Shown here piece after piece: positions 22,779 through 40,515 of a stretch of DNA of 64,000 nt. The DNA is taken from NCBI RefSeq assembly GCF_009914755.1, contig NC_060933.1; one strand, written 5' to 3'. Every line of letters starts with the position of its first letter. Position 1 is the stretch's first letter. The notes beneath the pieces are model-generated. The model searched no databases. It saw nothing but the letters and a program-made list of their open reading frames with translations, and was not told the DNA's origin. A program made the translations under genes and the position numbers. The stretch is from the human T2T-CHM13v2.0 reference genome, Homo sapiens.

Positions 22779-25700
22779 CCTTCATATATGAATGCCCGCG
22801 TCGGTCCCTCCTTGGATAGCCTGGGAGAAGAGCCTGCTCCTGGGGCGTTGATGTAGTGGAGGGAGCCCTGGATGAAGTCTAGGTGTCTGAGGATTTGAGT
22901 CCCACCCTTGGCTGTTTGGTGCCCCCTCGGCAGCCTCACTGTGAGGCAGGGCAGCTGGGCAGCCGGGCAGCCGGGCAGGGACTATGAGTTCCTTTGCTAT
23001 ATCAGAAACTGGAGTGACCTGTCCAAGGTGCTGAACTGGACTAGTCCACTCACCCTCTCCCACTCAGTTCTTTCTGACTCCCAGACCAGGGCTACAGGCC
23101 CTTATTGGGACACCTGTGGGAGTGACTTCCTACTCAGGACGAATGGTGTTGGGAATGCCCCTCCCCTCACTCGGAGGGTGGGGGTTCTCAGCTAAGAGTT
23201 CAGACTGTGCCCATAGCTGATTGGACGAGGTAAGCACATGACCAAGGAGGACCAATCCATTCACTCTCCCAGGTACTTGCAGGTGGGGCCAGGAAGGGTC
23301 TGTGGGTCCAGCTGGGGTTGGTGAGTGGCCCTTCTTCTCCCCTTGCTTTGGAGAATACAGGGGAATGAGTCAACGCCTCCAAGGGGGGTTCAGCAAAAGA
23401 AGAAGCCAGGAGCCTAGGGGTTTGATGTTTAGGCCTCAGATTCTGCTCTGTCCAGAGGCCTGGCTGCCTCTTGTTCCTGGGTAATGGAGGTCACTCTGGT
23501 AACTTTCAAAGTCCCCCTGCTCAAGGGCTCTGGCTCTTTGCCTGCACAGCCTCCTCTGCGGCACCCCAGGGCCCCACTCCCTCCCCTGCGGCTTCATGAA
23601 AGCCCTCATTTTACAGATGGCTTGAGACACAGACAGGTTAAGCTGCCTCCCCCAGGGTTTGGGGGCCCCAGGGCAGCTGGGGTGGCAGTTGTGGAAGGGG
23701 CACTGGAAAAGGAGTCGGGCTGTGGCTGGGAGCTGGCAGCTGCACCCTGTCCAACAGCTCAGGGCTCACCAGCCTTGCTGAGCCAGCACACCGGCGGAGA
23801 CTGAGGGAAGCTGGGGCAGTTTGTGAGGTCTCAGGAGACTCCCAGTGGCAGAGAGCTGGCTGCCCCCAAGCTCCTTGCCTGGGGCCCAGGCAGTTTGCTG
23901 TGTCACTGCAACCACCCTGGCTTCTCCTGGGGAGAGAGGACAGACAGAACGGCAGCCAGGAGAAGGCAGGTTGGCCGGCCAGACCCTGGGGTGGGCTGGG
24001 AGGTCTCAGCTCTGTTTGAATGTGGCTACCTTTTAGGAGGCAAATCCCACCTGAGGCAGGGCCAGGTCACTGGCACTGCAGACTTAGGGAGCCAGGCCTC
24101 TTGCCCATGCATGTCACATCACAGCCCGTCTGTGATTCCCCCTTCCCGGCTTCTGTTTCCTCCAACCCTCTCCTCTGTGTTGAACTAAATACTTTTCAAA
24201 GGGAATCAATGCAGAGAGAGGGTTTTTTGTTTGTTTGTTTGTTTGTTTGTTTTTCAGAAGCAACACCAGGCTCTTTAATTTAAACTCTCCATGAGCTCTT
24301 CCATCCAGCGAGCTTTCCTGGCTCATCTGAAAGTTGGGCCCTATCCCTGACCTTGAGGGAGGGATGACCTCTGACCTGGGGGGAAGAATGACCTATACTT
24401 TTGGGGCTGTGGGGGCCTCCCTGCCACTTCCTCCTTCTGTTACGGTGGCATCACCTGTCCTTGCCACCTTCCCACCTGCCCCAGATTGCACACCTGCCCC
24501 CAGTGCAGCTCTGCCCCAGTGAGGAACTCTGCCCACTTGGCTGGTCCGTTCTGACAGAGGACTTTCTGTTTGCTGGGCAACCAGAGGCAGAGTGACCCTG
24601 GCCTTCTGGAGGGCCACAGCCTAGGGCTAGAAGGAGGAGTGACAGGAGGGCAACAGCTCATGTAGGTCACAGAGTGTGAGCTTGAAAGGGACTTGAGAGA
24701 CCATTAGGTCCACTGCCCCTTCCCTGCTTCTCAGAAGGGGATTCCCCAAGACCAGCCTTGAAACCAGTAGACTAACTGATCAGTTGAATAATTTTAACAC
24801 CCACCACTTACATGTTGGATGCTTACTGCATGGTATGCACTTCACTGGGTCCTATTATCTGTTAGCACCACAATGAGCCCATGAAGTGGGTGTCCTTTGT
24901 GCGGTTGAGAAAGTGGAGGCTACAGGAGGCTATGCCACTTTCCCAAGACCTAACCTCTGGTTAGCAAGAGAGAGAGTGGAACTTGAACCCAGGGATGGTA
25001 GATTCCCAAGTGCAAGTCTGAAGGCTGCCCCACCCAGCCCACCTCCTGAGAGATGAGAACACCCAGCCGTGGGGGCCTCATAAGAATTCAGCAAAGGAGC
25101 CATTCCTGGTGTCCCAGGCCAGCCCCAGCTCCCTCCCCTCCCTGAACAAGGACAGAATGCCTGCAGTTCCCCATGGAGTGGCAGGATGGCACATCCCTGT
25201 GGGGAGCCTGCAGCCTTGGGCCTCAGCCACTGGGTCTGTGCCAGCCCTACCACGGGCATCATTTGAGAATGTCAGCGAGGCCCTCACTCCCTGCAGCAGG
25301 CTTGCTGGCTCTTTATGCCAATATTTTTGTGGGACATCCACTCTGCCCAGATCTGTACTTGGTGCTGACCCCCTGTCCTTCAAGTGTCGTCTGTCCAGTC
25401 CAGAAAAGAGCCCAAGACCCATGACAATCCTTTTGGGATATAAAGGATCTAAGAAGGCAGCCAGCAGGAGCCCTGGAGACCATCTGATCTGTCCTGCCCA
25501 TCTTTCAGACGGGGAGCCTGGGGCTCGGAAATAGGGTAGGACTTGCCCAGGGCCTCACAATCCACCATTGGGCAGGCCGGGATGTGAACCTCAGGCCTCA
25601 AGCGGTGCAGGACCCTGGACAGCTCCCAGGCTCTGAGAGACTCCAGGCCTGGGTTCATGGTGAAGCTTGGGCCTGGAGTCCCCACCCCAGAGGGGAGGGA

Positions 25701-25857
25701 CTGCACACGTTTCCCACCTGGCCTTCTGGTGACCAGTCATAGGATGTGCAGTAGCAGAACAGCAGAGGTGACACTCCGAGAGCCAAGTCCCTTCCCCCGG
25801 GAGAAGTGGTACCAATGGTCAGACTGTGAGGAAAGGGATGTGACACCAAACCAGAGA

Positions 25858-27502
<1,645 letters not shown>

Positions 27503-27704
27503 TCAGCCTGATTGGGTGTCAGTGCCTCTGCCCCAGCTTTCCCTGAGCTGCTCCTAGGGAGCGAAAGGGGGATTTGCTTCCTTCATGGGCTTCTCATGGC
27601 CTCTCAGTGAAGTCTGAGCTTTCTTATGGAACCTTCTGTCATTGGTTTTTTCCCACCCCTCTCCACTCACTGGTGACAAGTGTAGTCTTTGCAGGGAAGA
27701 CAGC

Positions 27705-29082
<1,378 letters not shown>

Positions 29083-29234
29083 CCAGGTTGATGTTCTTAT
29101 GATGCGTCCCAGATCCAAACTCCTGTTGCTTGATCTGGAAAAAGTACTAAACTGTTTAAAGCCCGCAGAGCTGGGCAGCTGATCACAGACGTCGGCAAAC
29201 TTCTCCAGGCCTCAGTTTCCTCATCAGCAAAGAT

Positions 29235-29354
29235 GAGAGGTTGCATACTGTGGTTCTCAGGTTGCAGTCAGCCTGCAGACAGGTATTGTTTGGCCTGTGC
29301 CACGGTTTTAGAAAGTAAGAATTAGTTAACAGTGTTTGAAAATTGGGAAATATC
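29235..29354 (-). mobile_element. MER102-like hAT MITE, 3' end
   Basis: gagaggttgcatactg...gcagacaggtattgtttggcc...gaattagtt...aaaattgggaaatatca resembles the recalled MER102 terminus. Confidence 0.6.
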
Positions 29355-29355
29355 A

Positions 29356-29622
29356 GCTGAGCGTGGTGGCTCATGGCTGTGACCCCAGCGCCCGGGCAGC
29401 CTGGGCAACATGGTGAAGCCCTGTCTCTATGAGAAATGCAAAAATTAGCTGAGCATGGTGGTGCGCACCTGTAGTCCCAGCTACTTGGGAGGCTGAGGTG
29501 AGAGAATCACTTGAGTGCCTGGGAGGTCAAGGCTGCAGTGAGCCGTGATAGTGCCACTCCAGCCTGGGCGACAAGAGCAAAACTCTGCCGCGCCCCCGCC
29601 CAAAAAAAAAAAAGAAAAGAAA
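29356..29622 (+). mobile_element. Chimeric Alu (AluJ-like body, AluSq/Sp-like 3' end)
   Basis: J-type ggtcaaggctgcagtgagccgtgat is followed by ccactccagcctgggcgacaagagcaaaactc. The left arm is internally deleted. Confidence 0.8.
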
Positions 29623-30007
29623 AAGAAAATATGGCACATATACACCACGGAATATGACGCAGCCATTAAAAAAGAACATGTCTTTTGCGGGAACATGGGT
29701 GGAGCTGGAGACTATTATACTTAGCAAACTAAGGGTAACCAAATACCACATGTTCTCACTTATAAGTGGGAGTTAAATGATGAGAACTCATGAACACAAA
29801 GAAGGGAAAAACAGACACTGAGGTCTACTTGAGGGTAGAGGGTGGGCGGAGGGAGAGGAGCAGAAAAGATAACTGTTGGGTGCTGGGCTTCATACCTGGT
29901 TGATTTAGTAATTTGTACAACAAACCCCTGTGACACGAGTTTACCTAAGAAAACAAACCTTCACATGTACCCCCTAACCTAAAATAAGAGTTAAAAAAAA
30001 AAAAAAG
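29623..30007 (+). mobile_element. L1PA-type 3' end with poly(A); the inverted continuation of the L1 at 30905-32938
   Basis: aagaaaatatggcacatatacacc...catgttctcacttataagtgggag...ctaaaataagagttaaaa, a typical L1PA 3'UTR. Confidence 0.9.
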
Positions 30008-30563
30008 AAGAAATGCAACTAACTGAAACACATCAGGCAAATCAATAGAAAAAAAAAACCACCAACTCTTGGAAGGAGGGCTTTCAAGGTTTCAAAACTC
30101 TTGCATGAAATTTCATGAACTTGATCCACAGGAGAGCTCCCTATGAGTCATTGAGTCTCATTTGAGACTCATTTCTAAGAAGCATGGGTTTTCTTTTTTG
30201 CTCCCCTGGAAGGCTGGAAGCAGTGAAGAGGGACTTCGTGGAGAGGAGACTTTGTAAACAGCACAACTGGACCACAGCCAGCGAGACCAGAAGCAGGATA
30301 GAGGGTGTATAAGAAGCGGCTGTGAGAACTGTAGCAGTAGAACCAGCTTGGGCCATCTAGTGTGGGGCACACACCCTCATGGGACTTGTGTTTTGACAAA
30401 GGAGTTAGACATTAAGCAAATCTAACTTGCTTAAATTTAAAGCCGTTATGAAAAGTGCTTCAGAGAAATGGCATCATTGAGAAATGAGAGACCACAGATT
30501 CATTGCTGGTTTATAGCTGATGATCACAGTGCACATAACTGAAATTTTTGAGAGCATATAACC

Positions 30564-30902
<339 letters not shown>

Positions 30903-31367
30903 AGGTACCACATTTTCTTGATCCAATTTGTCATTGATAAGCATTCGAGTTGGTTCCATGTCTTTGCTATTGTGAAGAGTGCTGAAATGAACGTTTGCAC
31001 GCACATGTCTTTATGGTAGAATGACTTATATTCCTTTGGGTATATATCCAGTAGTAGGATGGCTGGGTTGAATGGTAGTTCTGTTTTTAGCTCTTTGAGG
31101 AATTGCCACACTGTTTTCCACAAGGGTTGAACTAATTAACACCAACAGTGTATAAAGATTCCCTTTTCTCCACAACCTCACCAGCATCTGTTATTTTTTG
31201 ACTTTTTAATCACAGCCATTCTGATTGGTGTGAGATGGTATCTCACGGTGGTTTTGACTTGCATTTTTCTAATGATCAGTGATACTGAGTCTTTTTTTCA
31301 TATGCTTGTTGGCTGCATGTATGTCTTCTTTTGGAAAGTGTCTGTTCATGTCCTTTGCCTACTTTTT

Positions 31368-31734
31368 TTTCTTTTGCCTCAAAAAATGATATTTATTCAA
31401 AGAAAAAAAATGACAAGACGTCCATCCCTTGGCTCCTTTCCTTCCCCTCTCCTGCTGCTCCTCAGCCCTCCAAGATTGAACCCTGGCTGGGGCTAGGGAG
31501 CAGGACAGCCCCTCAGATGAGGTCAGGAACATTGAGGGGAATTTCCTCAATGGAAGTGTTGTAGAAGTTCTCGATGTTTTGAAAAGTCCCCTTGTCTTCT
31601 TCTGTCACCATGTTAATAGCCACACCCTTACGGCCAAACCATCCATCTCGACTGATTCTGTGGATATAGTTTTCCCTGTTGGTGGGAAGGTCATGGTTGA
31701 CTAAAGAAACCTGCTGCACATCAATGCCTCTGGC
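31368..31734 (-). pseudogene. EIF4A1: EIF4A1 retrocopy (last two exons spliced, 3'UTR, poly(A) remnant), 5'-truncated
   Basis: Minus strand translates [73 protein letters not shown]. This is a degenerate eIF4A1 C-terminus (DEAD-box motif V ARGID; motif VI HRIGRGGR decayed to HRISRDGW). Stop at 31513-31515, EIF4A1-like 3'UTR, AATAAA at 31392-31397, short A-tail. TSD ctttgccYacttttt at 31353-31367 and 31862-31876. Confidence 0.95.
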
Positions 31735-31802
31735 CTATGTCAAGAAAGACAACTCTTCAGCATGTGCGTGAGATGTATCTCAAAGGGAAGAGACGTAGGT
31801 AT
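31735..31802 (-). other. Retained EIF4A1 intron remnant with 3' splice site
   Basis: 68 nt between the snoRNA end and the exon, ending ...GCTGAAGAGTTGTCTTTCTTGACATAG|GCCAGAGGC (pyrimidine-rich, AG at 31736-31735). Confidence 0.8.
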
Positions 31803-31861
31803 CCGTGTAGGCAGACAAGGAAGGCAGAGGAAATAAGCATCCCTGTTCCCCAAAGACCTTA
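31803..31861 (-). pseudogene. SNORA67: 3' half (second hairpin region plus ACA box) of H/ACA snoRNA SNORA67/U67, carried in the retrocopy
   Basis: Minus strand reads TAAGGTCTTTGGGGAACAGGGATGCTTATTTCCTCTGCCTTCCTTGTCTGCCT-ACA-CGG. This matches my recollection of the SNORA67 3' end (…UAAGGUCUUUGAGGAACAGGGAUGCUUAUUUCCUCUGCCUUCCUUGGCUGCCUACAUAG). ACA box at 31808-31806, 3 nt from the end. SNORA67 is an EIF4A1 intronic snoRNA. Confidence 0.85.
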
Positions 31862-32944
31862 CTTTGCCCACTTTTTAATGGGGTTGCTTTTCCCTTGTAA
31901 ATTTGTTTAAGTTCCTTATAGATGTTGGATATCAGACCTTTGTCAGATACATAGTTTGCAAATAGGTTTTCCCATTCTGTGGGTTGCCTGTTTACTCTGT
32001 TGTTAGTTTGTTTTGTTGTGCAGAAGCTCTTAAGCTTAATTAGATCCTACTTGCCAATTTTTGCTTTTGTGGCGATTGCTTTTGGTGTCTTTGCCATGAA
32101 ATATTTGCCCATTCCTATGTCCAGGATGGTATTGCCTGGATTGTCTTCCAGGGTTTGTATAGTTTTGGGTTTTACATTTAAGTGGTTATTCCATCTTGAT
32201 TTGATTTTTGTGTATGGTGTGAGGAAGGGGTCCAGTTTCAATCTTCTGCATATGGCTACCCAGTTATCCAAGCACCATTTATTGAATAGGGAGTCTTTTC
32301 CCCATTGCTTGTTTTTGTCAGCTTTGTCAAAGATCAGATGGTCCTAAGTGTACAGCCTTATTTCTGGGCTCTCTATTCTGCTCCATTGGTCTATGTGCCT
32401 GATTTTGTACTGGTACCATGCTGTTTTGGTTAGTGTAGCCCTGTAGTATACTTTGAAGTTGGGTAATATGATGTCTCCAGCTTTGCTCTTTTTGCTTAGG
32501 ATTTCCTTGGCTGTTCAGGCTCTTTTTTCCTTCCATATGAATTTTAAAGTAGTTTTTTTTCTAGTTCTGTGAATACTGTCATTGGTAGTTTGATAGGAAT
32601 AGCATTGAATCTGTAAATTGCTTTGGGCAGTATGACCATTTTAATGATATTTATTTCCTATCCAGGAGCATAGGATGTTTTCCCATTTGTTTGTGTCTTC
32701 TCTGATTTCTTGGAGCAGTGTTTTGTAATTCTCATTGTAGAGATCTTTTACCTCCCAGGTTAGCTGTATTCCTAAGTATTTTATTCTTTCTGTGGCGATT
32801 GTGAATGGGATTGCCTTCCTGATTTGGCTCTTGGCTTGGCTATCGCTTGTATAGAGGAATGCTAGTGATTTTTGTACATTGACTTTGTATCCTGAAACTG
32901 TGCTGAAGTTGTGTATCAGCTGAAGGAACTTTTGGGCCGTTGGT

Positions 32945-33264
32945 TTTGTTTGTTTGTTTGTTTGTTTGTTTGTTTTTGAGACAGGATCTCACTCTGTTGC
33001 CCAGGTTGGGGTGCAGTGATGCAATCATAGCTCACTGAAGCTTTCATCTCCTGGGTTCAAATGCTCCTCCTACCTCAGTCTCCCGAGTATCTGGAAGCAC
33101 AGCTGTGTGCCACCAAGGCTGGCTAATTTTTGGATTTTTTTTGTAGAGATGGGGGGGTCTCCCTGTGTTGTCCAGGCTGGTCTTGGACTCCTGGGCTCAA
33201 GTTATGCTCCTGCCTTGGTTTCCCAAAGTGCTAGGATTACAGGCATGAGCTGCTGTGCCCAGCC
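32945..33264 (-). mobile_element. AluJ
   Basis: Dimer with (TTTG)n tail. Confidence 0.85.
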
Positions 33265-33279
33265 TCAAGGATTTTTAGA

Positions 33280-33580
33280 AAAACAGACTTTATTTTTTAG
33301 AGAAGTTTTAGGTTCACAGAAAAACTGAGTGAAAGGTACAGAGATTTCTCATATACTCTCATATACCCCTGCACCTGCACTGCCTCCCCTCTATTAACAT
33401 CCCCCATCAGAGCGGGACATCAGTTACAATGGATGAACCTCTGTTGACACATCGTTGCCACCCGGTGTCTGCAGTTTACATAGAGTTCTCTCCTGATGTT
33501 GGGCACCCTGTGCATCTGGACAAATGTCTAATGACACAGATCCACCACTGTAGCATCATACAGAGTTTCACTGGCCTAAA
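33280..33580 (-). mobile_element. L1MC-like 3' end
   Basis: gactttattttttagagaagttttaggttcacagaaaaactgag. Confidence 0.7.
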
Positions 33581-33879
33581 AACACTTCAGATGACTGAGG
33601 CAGGGGTCAGAGCTCTCTGGTTTCAGCACGACTCCTACCTTGCCCGCAAGGTTATGCCATAAAATAGCTGGCCTTGGAAAGAGCATAAAGAGGGAAACTG
33701 AGGCACATCCAAGGGAAAGCTGGTGAGGGGCACAAAATACCACCCCACTCCCCCGGCCCTGACCTCCCATTGCTGTTTCCAGGTCTCCCTCCCTGTTCTG
33801 GTTAGGACTGGGTCCCTCCAGCTACCGAAAATGACAGGGCAGGCAGAGGGCCTGCAGTTTGCAGGCGCTCCAGTGGCCC

Positions 33880-34190
33880 GGCAGCCCTGGGGAAGGGAAA
33901 TGACAGTCTATCCCTTTAAACACAGATTAGCAGCTCTCTCTCGTGCTTGTCTTCCTTAAAAAGAGAACTTGTCAAGGTTTACATCAATAATAGATAATGG
34001 TGCATCACTGTGGCAGGTTCCAGCCGGAGGCTGTTTTGATATTTTCTAGAGAATTTGTCAGCAATCCGAAGTCAAGAACAGTGGGGGATGGGGAGGCAGG
34101 GGCTGAGACAGCGCCTTCATTAATTTTCCTCATTTGCATTCTTGCTGTTAAATAATGTATTGATCGCTCTGTAAGTCTTTAGCCCTCCCT
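33880..34190. promoter_or_regulatory. Putative conserved non-coding element or enhancer
   Basis: Non-repeat AT-richer block containing TGACAG, TTGTCA x2, ATCAATAAT, octamer ATTTGCAT (34132-34139) and TAAT cores. Confidence 0.4.
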
Positions 34191-34696
34191 CCTCGCCGAG
34201 CCGCCCCTCCTGGTCCTGGAGCCCTCCCCTCCATGAGGGATTAGCTTGTCACAGGCCTTTGACAGGGGGCAGAGGGGGCAGGGCTGGGATGTCTCGTCTC
34301 CATGAGGCTCCCAGATCCCCACTGGGCCTGTCACCTGGATCCTCATGGAGAGCATCTCCCTGCTGTCTGGAGTATCATTTTCTACCATTTAAGTCTTTAT
34401 CATCAGCTTGTCCTAAACTAAGTGGTTTACAAATAAGCCCCCCTGACATTTTTGTGACATGAGGTTGGTGATTAAACCTATTTTACAGATGAGGAAACTG
34501 AGGCTCAGCGAGGTCAAGTGCCTTCCCCAGGTCGCATAGCCAGGAAATGGTGAAGCCGGACTTTGAACCTAGGAATGTCTGGCTCTAAAGCCAAAGCTCA
34601 TTCTTTCTAAATCTGCAAATCTCATACCCCGCTGTGGCCCTGGGAGGCTTGCCCGTGCCAGTGGGGAAGGCACCTCTCTCTCCAACCAAGAGATCA

Positions 34697-35026
<330 letters not shown>

Positions 35027-35424
35027 TAAGATGGGTGTGAGGTTTGGTTTTGGGGTGGAGACCAGGAGACCGAGGCTGAGGGATAGACAGTGTGTGTCAC
35101 CCTAAGTGCAGAATTGAATTGACACCAGTGTGAGGAAGGGCTTGGGAGGCAGATTCAGGCTCGACCTCAGGAAGGATTTCCTAACCCTGGAGCTGCCTGC
35201 AGTTGGAATGTGACTCTCTTGTGAATAGCAAGCCCCTGTCACCAGGGATGGTTCAGAGAAGTTGGATGTCTGCCTGTCCGGTCACTTGTTTCCAGTGAAA
35301 AAAAACACCAATCGTTAGCTCTCTACCCCAACTGGAGATTGATTGATTCTGTCAGAATCCATCCATACAATGGATTCTTACATAGCCAGTAAAAATGATG
35401 TTGGAGGTACATTTTAAAACATGT

Positions 35425-35683
35425 ATTTATTTAGAGACAAGGTCTGTCACCCAGGCTGGAGTGCAATGGCACAATCTTGGCTCACTGCAGCCTCAACCTC
35501 CTGGCCCAGGTGTTCCTCCCACCTCAGCCTCCTGAATAGCTGGGACTACAGGCACGCATCACCATGCCTAGCTAATTTTTTGTGGAGATGGGGTTTCATC
35601 ATGTTGCTCAGGCTGGTCTCAAACTCCTGGGCTCAAGTCCACCCACCTTGGCCTCCCAAAGTGCTGGGATTACAGGTGTGATC
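35425..35683 (-). mobile_element. AluJ
   Basis: Degenerate dimer. Confidence 0.85.
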
Positions 35684-37699
35684 CCACAGTTTTACCTGTG
35701 GGCAGGTAAAACTGTACCCACAAGGCCATTCATGAACAGGTGCCTGGAAGGACGGCAGGAAGGCGTGCTCTGGAATATCACCAGCAGGTGCCTTGGGATG
35801 GTGGGATTCAGGTGATTTTTCTTCTTTCTTTGTATTTTCCTACAGTTTCTCATTTCTGATGCCAGCATTTCCGGTGTCATTCTTAGGTAAGGAGATCTGC
35901 ACATATGGGGGCTTTGGAGGGTCAAAAGGGAGTGAAAACAAGGCCCCCACAGGGACCTTGCCCCAAACGTCTGGCTAAAATCTGACATTACATCTCTGTG
36001 CTCCTCTTATGACCAGTCACCCTAAGCAACTCTTCTGTGCCTCAGTTTCCCCACCCTCCTTGTCAGTGAAGAGGATGGTCTGGCTGGGACTGTCTTTCAC
36101 TCTTTACCAAGTCTGTAGCAAGCCTCCTGCTTGTGCCAGACCTTGGGGAGGGACCCGGGATCAGGCAGACACGGAGACAGCATCCTCGTGGTGTTGGGTG
36201 GGAGGGAGGCCTTGTACTTACCATTTCCTGAGGAGGAAATGAACCTCAGAGATGTTTAGTGCCTTACTCGAGGTCACACAGCCAGGAAAGGGTGGAGCCT
36301 GGGAGACAACTGTGGGTCCTGGGTTTGTGGGCTGGCGATGCCACCTCTCTGCCCCTCCTCAGTGCCAGGTGACATGATCTGTGTTCCCGAGGCCAGGCCG
36401 TGGACTGAGGGCCCTGCTAAAGTAACGGCCTTGGCGTTGTAGTCCTCGTTGGGAAAGAGAGGCGACCCTCACCACATTCAGGGTGAGTTCTCCCCCTCGG
36501 CCCAGAATGGTTTCACACTCTGCATTTGGCCATTTTCTTTTCAAAGCCCTGATTTCTGCTCTTTCCTGCTGTCGGGGGGCTTCCTTCTCTAATCTGCTTT
36601 CCGAAGCTAATGTCTGCCCCTCCCTGCAGCTCATCCCTGGTATTTGGGATCCCGCTAGGAGCCTCATTTTCAAATTAGCCTAGGGCTGTATGGTCTGAGC
36701 TGAAAATACTCTTTGCAGCTGAGAAGTACCCTGGAGGCTGCCCGGGCGCAGGGGGTGGGGTGGGGATGGATGAACTAACTCTGTGCTGGGGGACCCACTT
36801 AACTTGTGAAACCTCTGGGGCCACGCAGGGTCTGTCTGATGGGTCCATTCCTCTGAAGCACCAGGCTCAGTGCTTTACGCACAAAACCTCCCCTGGCCCC
36901 ACTGACTCCTCAACAAAGCAGGCATGAGTATGACCCATTTCACAGATAAATAAACTGAGGTCTGGAGAGGGTAAGTGACTTGCTCAAGGTCACAAAGCAG
37001 AGTCAGAAATCGAACACAACTGTCTCATTTCTGAGCCTGAACTCTACGTAACGCCTGAGTCGGAGGGGGACACACACACCTGAGTCGGAGGAGGGAGGGG
37101 AGAAGAAACATGACAAAGAGAAGGGGGCAAGCCTGGCGGGAAGCCTGGTGGAGACTGCTGACCTGTCACTTCACGGGAGCCCCGAGGACCTGTGGGCTGA
37201 CCAGTGCTTACACCTTCCATGAGCACCTCCGGGAGCTCAGCACAGCTGACAGCGAGTGACGGGCATGTTAGACATTGCGTTTATGAATCTCTGTAGATTT
37301 AATAGAGACAGGCATAAATAGGAGGTCGAAATGGAGTTTATAGATACAAACAGGTATCTGGGCTGCAGCTACAGCTGTAAATATAAAGATGTGGCAATCA
37401 TTTCCTCATTTGTCCATTCAGTAAACATCTCAGCCTCAGGAGGGAGGCTGGGCTCAGGGACATGCAGATGAAAAGGCACAGCAGCCACCTATAGCCACAA
37501 AGGGTGTCCTGCTGGGGATGCCGAGCAGCTGGACAGGTGGGTTCGAGCCAGCAGGTGCAGGAAGAGATGCTCACTGGGGGAGCGTGAAGGAGGAGCCCCC
37601 GACTCAGCTTGGGGTGGGTGTGAGAAGGACTCTCTGGAGGAGTGAGGCCAGGGTTGGGGGGGTCTTTTCATACCATACACACATGTGCATACATACAGA

Positions 37700-39245
<1,546 letters not shown>

Positions 39246-39809
39246 AATGGAGTCCTGGAGCATGAATTGGGGTTATCCACGAAACAGAGAGGGGCCAGAG
39301 AGAGGGCACTCCAGGCCTGGGGGTGAGAAAACCACAGGCAGGTGGGGGAAAAAAATAAAGAGGCTTTGGGGAAGGTGGGAGTGCTGGGCAGTCTGGAGGT
39401 GGGGTCAGTTGTGCCCAGCCAGGTCAGACACTCTGGCCTGTGGGGGTTTTCTCTGGAGCACCCCAGATGCCTTCTCTGGGTCCGGGCTCTGTGGGGGACC
39501 CCAATGTGGCCTGGGGTTTTGGCTCCTTTGGCAGTCAGTATTTCCCTTGGTTCCTACTGGGAGAGTCAGGGAGGCCCAAGACCGGTGACCGCATTTAGAC
39601 AGGAGGGACTGATGTGGAGCTCTATGGCTGAACTGTGTAAGAAACGGCCCAACAGTTTCTCTGGTGCCTCCTGCTGCATGATGCTACCTTCCTGCTCTGG
39701 GACCCCACAACACTGCACCGTCCTGGGCTCCCCAAGGAGGCAAGAGAGTTAGGATCAGCGTCAAGTCTCAGCCAGACTCAGGCTGAGACCACACTCAAGA
39801 ATACCAAAG

Positions 39810-40515
<706 letters not shown>

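Larger units (their letters stand above)
30905..32938 (-). mobile_element. L1PA-type (roughly L1PA13-16) ORF2 3' region, interrupted by the EIF4A1 retrocopy
   Basis: ORF2-like peptides ([22 protein letters not shown]..., WKTVWQFLKELKTELPFNPAI...). The reading frame is broken. Confidence 0.9.

Noticed and set aside
31513-31719. 68-aa eIF4A1 micro-protein
   Set aside because: It starts at GTG, has a decayed motif VI and a codon deletion, and has no evident promoter; treated as a pseudogene.
31803-31861. Functional snoRNA gene
   Set aside because: The 5' hairpin, the H box and the base of the 3' stem are missing.
31857-31862. GTAAGG at the 5' end of the retrocopy as a 5' splice site making a complete 128-nt intron
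   Set aside because: The G belongs to the TSD and TAAGG is internal SNORA67 sequence, so the match is coincidental.
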